A stretch of 64,000 nucleotides of DNA, taken from NCBI GenBank assembly GCA_964057225.1, contig OZ059899.1:372001-436000 (forward strand), read 5' to 3'. Positions 58,201 to 64,000 of the stretch are shown in pieces. Each line of letters opens with the position of its first letter. The first letter of the stretch is position 1. A program made the translations under genes and the position numbers. The stretch comes from Auanema rhodensis. Lineage: Eukaryota > Animalia > Nematoda. The notes beneath the pieces were generated by a model. The model saw nothing but the letters and a program-made list of their open reading frames with translations. It made no database searches and had not been told where the DNA came from.

Positions 58201-60896
58201 CGCATCTCTTTATCTTTCACGTGAAGCGAGTTACATACCAAGTGCACATCACGTGTACATTTAATTAGCATAAATTAAAGTTCACGTAAATTTCAAAGTC
58301 ATGGTTACCATGAACCAATATCAATAAAAATTTGTTTTTAGACTAATATGGACATGGGGAATCTAATTTTGAAAACCGCATCTCTTTATCTTTCACGTGA
58401 AGCGAGTTACATACCAAGTGCACATCACGTGTACATTTAATTAGCATAAATTAAAGTTCACGTAAATTTCAAAGTCATGGTTACCATGCACCAATATCAA
58501 TAAAAATTTGTTTTTAGACTAATATGGACATGGGGAATCTAATTTTGAAAACCGCATCTCTTTATCTTTCACGTGAAGCGAGTTACATACCAAGGGCACA
58601 TCACGTGTACATTTAATTAGCATAAATTAAAGTTCACGTAAATTTCAAAGTCATGGTTACCATGCACCAATATCAATAAAAATTTGTTTTTAGACTAATA
58701 TGGACATGGGGAATCTAATTTTGAAAACCGCATCTCTTTATCTTTCACGTGAAGCGAGTTACATACCAAGTGCACATCACGTGTACATTTAATTAGCATA
58801 AATTAAAGTTCACGTAAATTTCAAAGTCATGGTTACCATGCACCAATATCAATAAAAATTTGTTTTTAGACTAATATGGACATGGGGAATCTAATTTTGA
58901 AAACCGCATCTCTTTATCTTTCACGTGAAGCGAGTTACATACCAAGGGCACATCACGTGTACATTTAATTAGCATAAATTAAAGTTCACGTAAATTTCAA
59001 AGTCATGGTTACCATGCACCAATATCAATAAAAATTTGTTTTTAGACTAATATGGACATGGGGAATCTAATTTTGAAAACCGCATCTCTTTATCTTTCAC
59101 GTGAAGCGAGTTACATACCAAGGGCACATCACGTGTACATTTAATTAGCATAAATTAAAGTTCACGTAAATTTCAAAGTCATGGTTACCATGCACCAATA
59201 TCAATAAAAATTTGTTTTTAGACTAATATGGACATGGGGAATCTAATTTTGGAAACCGAATCTCTTTATCTTTCACGTGAAGCGAGTTACATACCAAGTG
59301 CACATCACGTGTACATTTAATTAGCATAAATTAAAGTTCACGTAAATTTCAAAGTCATGGTTACCATGCACCAATATCAATAAAAATTTGTTTTTAGACT
59401 AATATGGACATGGGGAATCTAATTTTGAAAACCGCATCTCTTTATCTCTCACGTGAAGCGAGTTACATACCAAGGGCACATCACGTGTACATTTAATTAG
59501 CATAAATTGAAGTTCACGTAAATTTCAAAGTCATGGTTACCATGAACCAATATCAATAAAAATTTGTTTTTAGACTAATATGGACATGGGGAATCTAATT
59601 TTGAAAACCGCATCTCTTTATCTTTCACGTGAAGCGAGTTACATACCAAGTGCACATCACGTGTACATTTAATTAGCATAAATTAAAGTTCACGTAAATT
59701 TCAAAGTCATGGTTACCATGAACCAATATCAATAAAAATTTGTTTTTAGACTAATATGGACATGGGGAATCTAATTTTGAAAACCGCATCTCTTTATCTT
59801 TCACGTGAAGCGAGTTACATACCAAGTGCACATCACGTGTACATTTAATTAGCATAAATTAAAGTTCACGTGAATTTCAAAGTCATGGTTACCATGCACA
59901 AATATCAATAAAAATTTGTTTTTAGACTAATATGGACATGGGGAATCTAATTTTGAAAACCGCATCTCTTTATCTTTCACGTGAAGCGAGTTACATACCA
60001 AGGGCACATCACGTGTACATTTAATTAGCATAAATTAAAGTTCACGTAAATTTCAAAGTCATGGTTACCATGCACCAATATCAATAAAAATTTGTTTTTA
60101 GACTAATATGGACATGGGGAATCTAATTTTGAAAACCGCATCTCTTTATCTTTCACGTGAAGCGAGTTACATACCAAGGGCACATCACGTGTACATTTAA
60201 TTAGCATAAATTAAAGTTCACGTAAATTTCAAAGTCATGGTTACCATGCACCAATATCAATAAAAATTTGTTTTTAGACTAATATGGACATGGGGAATCT
60301 AATTTTGAAAACCGCATCTCTTTATCTTTCACGTGAAGCGAGTTACATACCAAGGGCACATCACGTGTACATTTAATTAGCATAAATTAAAGTTCACGTG
60401 AATTTCAAAGTCATGGTTACCATGCACAAATATCAATAAAAATTTGTTTTTAGACTAATATGGACATGGGGAATCTAATTTTGAAAACCGCATCTCTTTA
60501 TCTTTCACGTGAAGCGAGTTACATACCAAGGGCACATCACGTGTACATTTAATTAGCATAAATTAAAGTTCACGTAAATTTCAAAGTCATGGTTACCATG
60601 CACCAATATCAATAAAAATTTGTTTTTAGACTAATATGGACATGGGGAATCTAATTTTGAAAACCGCATCTCTTTATCTTTCACGTGAAGCGAGTTACAT
60701 ACCAAGTGCACATCACGTGTACATTTAATTAGCATAAATTAAAGTTCACGTAAATTTCAAAGTCATGGTTACCATGCACCAATATCAATAAAAATTTGTT
60801 TTTAGACTAATATGGACATGGGGAATCTAATTTTGAAAACCGCATCTCTTTATCTTTCACGTGAAGCGAGTTACATACCAAGGGCACATCACGTGT
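55265..60896. repeat. Tandem 16-mer (2816 bp) duplication: M315-M330 = M331-M346
   Basis: 32G+60A at 57056/57584 recurs at 59872/60400, and 116G+123A is in M321/M337. No differences were seen by eye. Confidence 0.87.
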
Positions 60897-62128
60897 ACAT
60901 TTAATTAGCATAAATTAAAGTTCACGTAAATTTCAAAGTCATGGTTACCATGCACCAATATCAATAAAAATTTGTTTTTAGACTAATATGGACATGGGGA
61001 ATCTAATTTTGAAAACCGCATCTCTTTATCTTTCACGTGAAGCGAGTTACATACCAAGGGCACATCACGTGTACATTTAATTAGCATAAATTAAAGTTCA
61101 CGTAAATTTCAAAGTCATGGTTACCATGCACCAATATCAATAAAAATTTGTTTTTAGACTAATATGGACATGGGGAATCTAATTTTGGAAACCGAATCTC
61201 TTTATCTTTCACGTGAAGCGAGTTACATACCAAGTGCACATCACGTGTACATTTAATTAGCATAAATTAAAGTTCACGTAAATTTCAAAGTCATGGTTAC
61301 CATGCACCAATATCAATAAAAATTTGTTTTTAGACTAATATGGACATGGGGAATCTAATTTTGAAAACCGCATCTCTTTATCTCTCACGTGAAGCGAGTT
61401 ACATACCAAGGGCACATCACGTGTACATTTAATTAGCATAAATTGAAGTTCACGTAAATTTCAAAGTCATGGTTACCATGAACCAATATCAATAAAAATT
61501 TGTTTTTAGACTAATATGGACATGGGGAATCTAATTTTGAAAACCGCATCTCTTTATCTTTCACGTGAAGCGAGTTACATACCAAGTGCACATCACGTGT
61601 ACATTTAATTAGCATAAATTAAAGTTCACGTAAATTTCAAAGTCATGGTTACCATGAACCAATATCAATAAAAATTTGTTTTTAGACTAATATGGACATG
61701 GGGAATCTAATTTTGAAAACCGCATCTCTTTATCTCTCACGTGAAGCGAGTTACATACCAAGTGCACATCACGTGTACATTTAATTAGCATAAATTAAAG
61801 TTCACGTGAATTTCAAAGTCATGGTTACCATGCACAAATATCAATAAAAATTTGTTTTTAGACTAATATGGACATGGGGAATCTAATTTTGAAAACCGCA
61901 TCTCTTTATCTTTCACGTGAAGCGAGTTACATACCAAGGGCACATCACGTGTACATTTAATTAGCATAAATTAAAGTTCACGTAAATTTCAAAGTCATGG
62001 TTACCATGCACCAATATCAATAAAAATTTGTTTTTAGACTAATATGGACATGGGGAATCTAATTTTGAAAACCGCATCTCTTTATCTTTCACGTGAAGCG
62101 AGTTACATACCAAGGGCACATCACGTGT

Positions 62129-63888
62129 ACATTTAATTAGCATAAATTAAAGTTCACGTAAATTTCAAAGTCATGGTTACCATGCACCAATATCAATAAA
62201 AATTTGTTTTTAGACTAATATGGACATGGGGAATCTAATTTTGAAAACCGCATCTCTTTATCTTTCACGTGAAGCGAGTTACATACCAAGTGCACATCAC
62301 GTGTACATTTAATTAGCATAAATTAAAGTTCACGTAAATTTCAAAGTCATGGTTACCATGAACCAATATCAATAAAAATTTGTTTTTAGACTAATATGGA
62401 CATGGGGAATCTAATGTTGAAAACCGCATATCTTTATCTTTCACGTGAAGCGAGTTACATACCAAGGGCACATCACGTGTACATTTAATTAGCATAAATT
62501 AAAGTTCACGTAAATTTCAAAGTCATGGTTACCATGCACAAATATCAATAAAAATTTGTTTTTAGACTAATATGGACATGGGGAATCTAATTTTGAAAAC
62601 CGCATCTCTTTATCGTTCACGTGAAGCGAGTTACATACCAAGTGCACATCACGTGTACATTTAATTAGCATAAATTAAAGTTCACGTAAATTTCAAAGTC
62701 ATGGTTACCATGAACCAATATCAATAAAAATTTGTTTTTAGACTAATATGGACATGGGGAATCTAATTTTGAAAACCGCATCTCTTTATCGTTCACGTGA
62801 AGCGAGTTACATACCAAGTGCACATCACGTGTACATTTAATTAGCATAAATTAAAGTTCACGTAAATTTCAAAGTCATGGTTACCATGCACCAATATCAA
62901 TAAAAATTTGTTTTTAGACTAATATGGACATGGGGAATCTAATTTTGAAAACCGCATCTCTTTATCTTTCACGTGAAGCGAGTTACACACCAAGTGCACA
63001 TCACGTGTACATTTAATTAGCATAAATTAAAGTTCACGTAAATTTCAAAGTCATGGTTACCATGCACCAATATCAATAAAAATTTGTTTTTAGACTAATA
63101 TGGACATGGGGAATCTAATTTTGAAAACCGCATCTCTTTATCTTTCACGTGAAGCGAGTTACATACCAAGTGCACATCACGTGTACATTTAATTAGCATA
63201 AATTAAAGTTCACGTAAATTTCAAAGTCATGGTTACCATGAACCAATATCAATAAAAATTTGTTTTTAGACTAATATGGACATGGGGAATCTAATGTTGA
63301 AAACCGCATCTCTTTATCTTTCACGTGAAGCGAGTTACATACCAAGGGCACATCACGTGTACATTTAATTAGCATAAATTAAAGTTCACGTAAATTTCAA
63401 AGTCATGGTTACCATGCACAAATATCAATAAAAATTTGTTTTTAGACTAATATGGACATGGGGAATCTAATTTTGAAAACCGCATCTCTTTATCGTTCAC
63501 GTGAAGCGAGTTACATACCAAGTGCACATCACGTGTACATTTAATTAGCATAAATTAAAGTTCACGTAAATTTCAAAGTCATGGTTACCATGAACCAATA
63601 TCAATAAAAATTTGTTTTTAGACTAATATGGACATGGGGAATCTAATTTTGAAAACCGCATCTCTTTATCGTTCACGTGAAGCGAGTTACATACCAAGTG
63701 CACATCACGTGTACATTTAATTAGCATAAATTAAAGTTCACGTAAATTTCAAAGTCATGGTTACCATGCACCAATATCAATAAAAATTTGTTTTTAGACT
63801 AATATGGACATGGGGAATCTAATTTTGGAAACCGAATCTCTTTATCTTTCACGTGAAGCGAGTTACATACCAAGTGCACATCACGTGT
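62129..63888. repeat. Tandem 5-mer (880 bp) duplication: M354-M358 repeated as M359-M363
   Basis: 112G in M355/M360, 60A+135G in M356/M361 and 57A+135G in M357/M362. Confidence 0.85.
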
Positions 63889-64000
63889 ACATTTAATTAG
63901 CATAAATTAAAGTTCACGTAAATTTCAAAGTCATGGTTACCATGAACCAATATCAATAAAAATTTGTTTTTAGACTAATATGGACATGGGGAATCTAATT

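Larger units (their letters stand above)
1..64000. repeat. 176-bp AT-rich tandem satellite array (363.6 copies), probably centromeric or pericentromeric heterochromatin
   Basis: ACATTTAATTAGCATAAATT recurs at 1, 177, 353 and onward. It starts the printed line exactly every 2640 bp (15x176: 2641, 5281 ... 60721, 63361). M364 starts at 63889. The consensus has 57 G+C in 176 bp. Both window edges lie inside the array. The repeat is seen directly; the centromeric role is inferred from monomer length, AT content and homogeneity. Confidence 0.99.
44705..64000. repeat. Satellite domain A' (right): return of the 163G and 116G+123A haplotypes, with local variants 32G, 113C, 135G and 112G
   Basis: 123A reappears at 47819 and 163G is common again. 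32G is seen only at 54944-61808 and 135G only from 62615 onward. Confidence 0.85.

Noticed and set aside
1-64000. Protein-coding repeat gene or long ORF
   Set aside because: Each monomer has stops in all three + frames (TAA 6, TAG 10, TAA/TGA 20) and all three - frames (TTA 5, TTA 9, TTA 19 or TCA 37). In addition, 176 is not a multiple of 3.
1-64000. CRISPR array or repeat-spacer system
   Set aside because: There are no unique spacers: the whole 176 bp is repeated near-identically, and there are no cas genes or leader.
1-64000. Tandem 5S rRNA, tRNA, snRNA or spliced-leader gene array
   Set aside because: No recognisable 5S, tRNA or snRNA sequence, cloverleaf or Pol III A/B boxes, and no gene/spacer contrast in conservation.
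1-64000. Regular 15-mer (2640 bp) higher-order repeat
   Set aside because: This is a display artefact: 2640 is the lowest common multiple of 176 and the 60-base line length. Variant patterns do not repeat at this period.
1-64000. Binary 'code' in the 57C/A and 163T/G alleles
   Set aside because: The patterns are adequately explained by nested tandem duplications, and nothing supports an information-carrying function.
1-64000. Embedded transposon, inversion or telomeric repeat
   Set aside because: The phase and orientation of the monomer are unbroken throughout, and no non-satellite sequence was seen.

Overview
The entire 64,000 bp window is one uninterrupted, head-to-tail tandem satellite array of an AT-rich 176-bp monomer (~32% GC). 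It holds 363 full copies plus 112 bp of a 364th, all in one orientation. Consensus: ACATTTAATTAGCATAAATTAAAGTTCACGTAAATTTCAAAGTCATGGTTACCATG(C/A)ACCAATATCAATAAAAATTTGTTTTTAGACTAATATGGACATGGGGAATCTAATTTTGAAAACCGCATCTCTTTATCTTTCACGTGAAGCGAGTTACATACCAAG(T/G)GCACATCACGTGT. I found no genes, RNA genes, transposon insertions or CRISPR spacers, and every monomer has stops in all six frames. The 176-bp phase is kept from end to end, monomers differ from the consensus by only about 0-5 substitutions, and the monomer is rich in dyad symmetries and CACGTG motifs. These properties resemble a young, homogenised eukaryotic centromeric or pericentromeric satellite; that role is inferred and I could not identify the species. 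The information in the window lies in the order of point variants. They reveal nested, irregular higher-order duplications (2-, 5-, 8-, 10-, 16-, 17-, 25- and 43/44-mers), an A-B-A' haplotype domain layout, and a possible ~45.8 kb super-period. Below, Mn is monomer n, starting at 176(n-1)+1, and variants are given as monomer position plus base. Variants were read by eye, so a few may have been missed.
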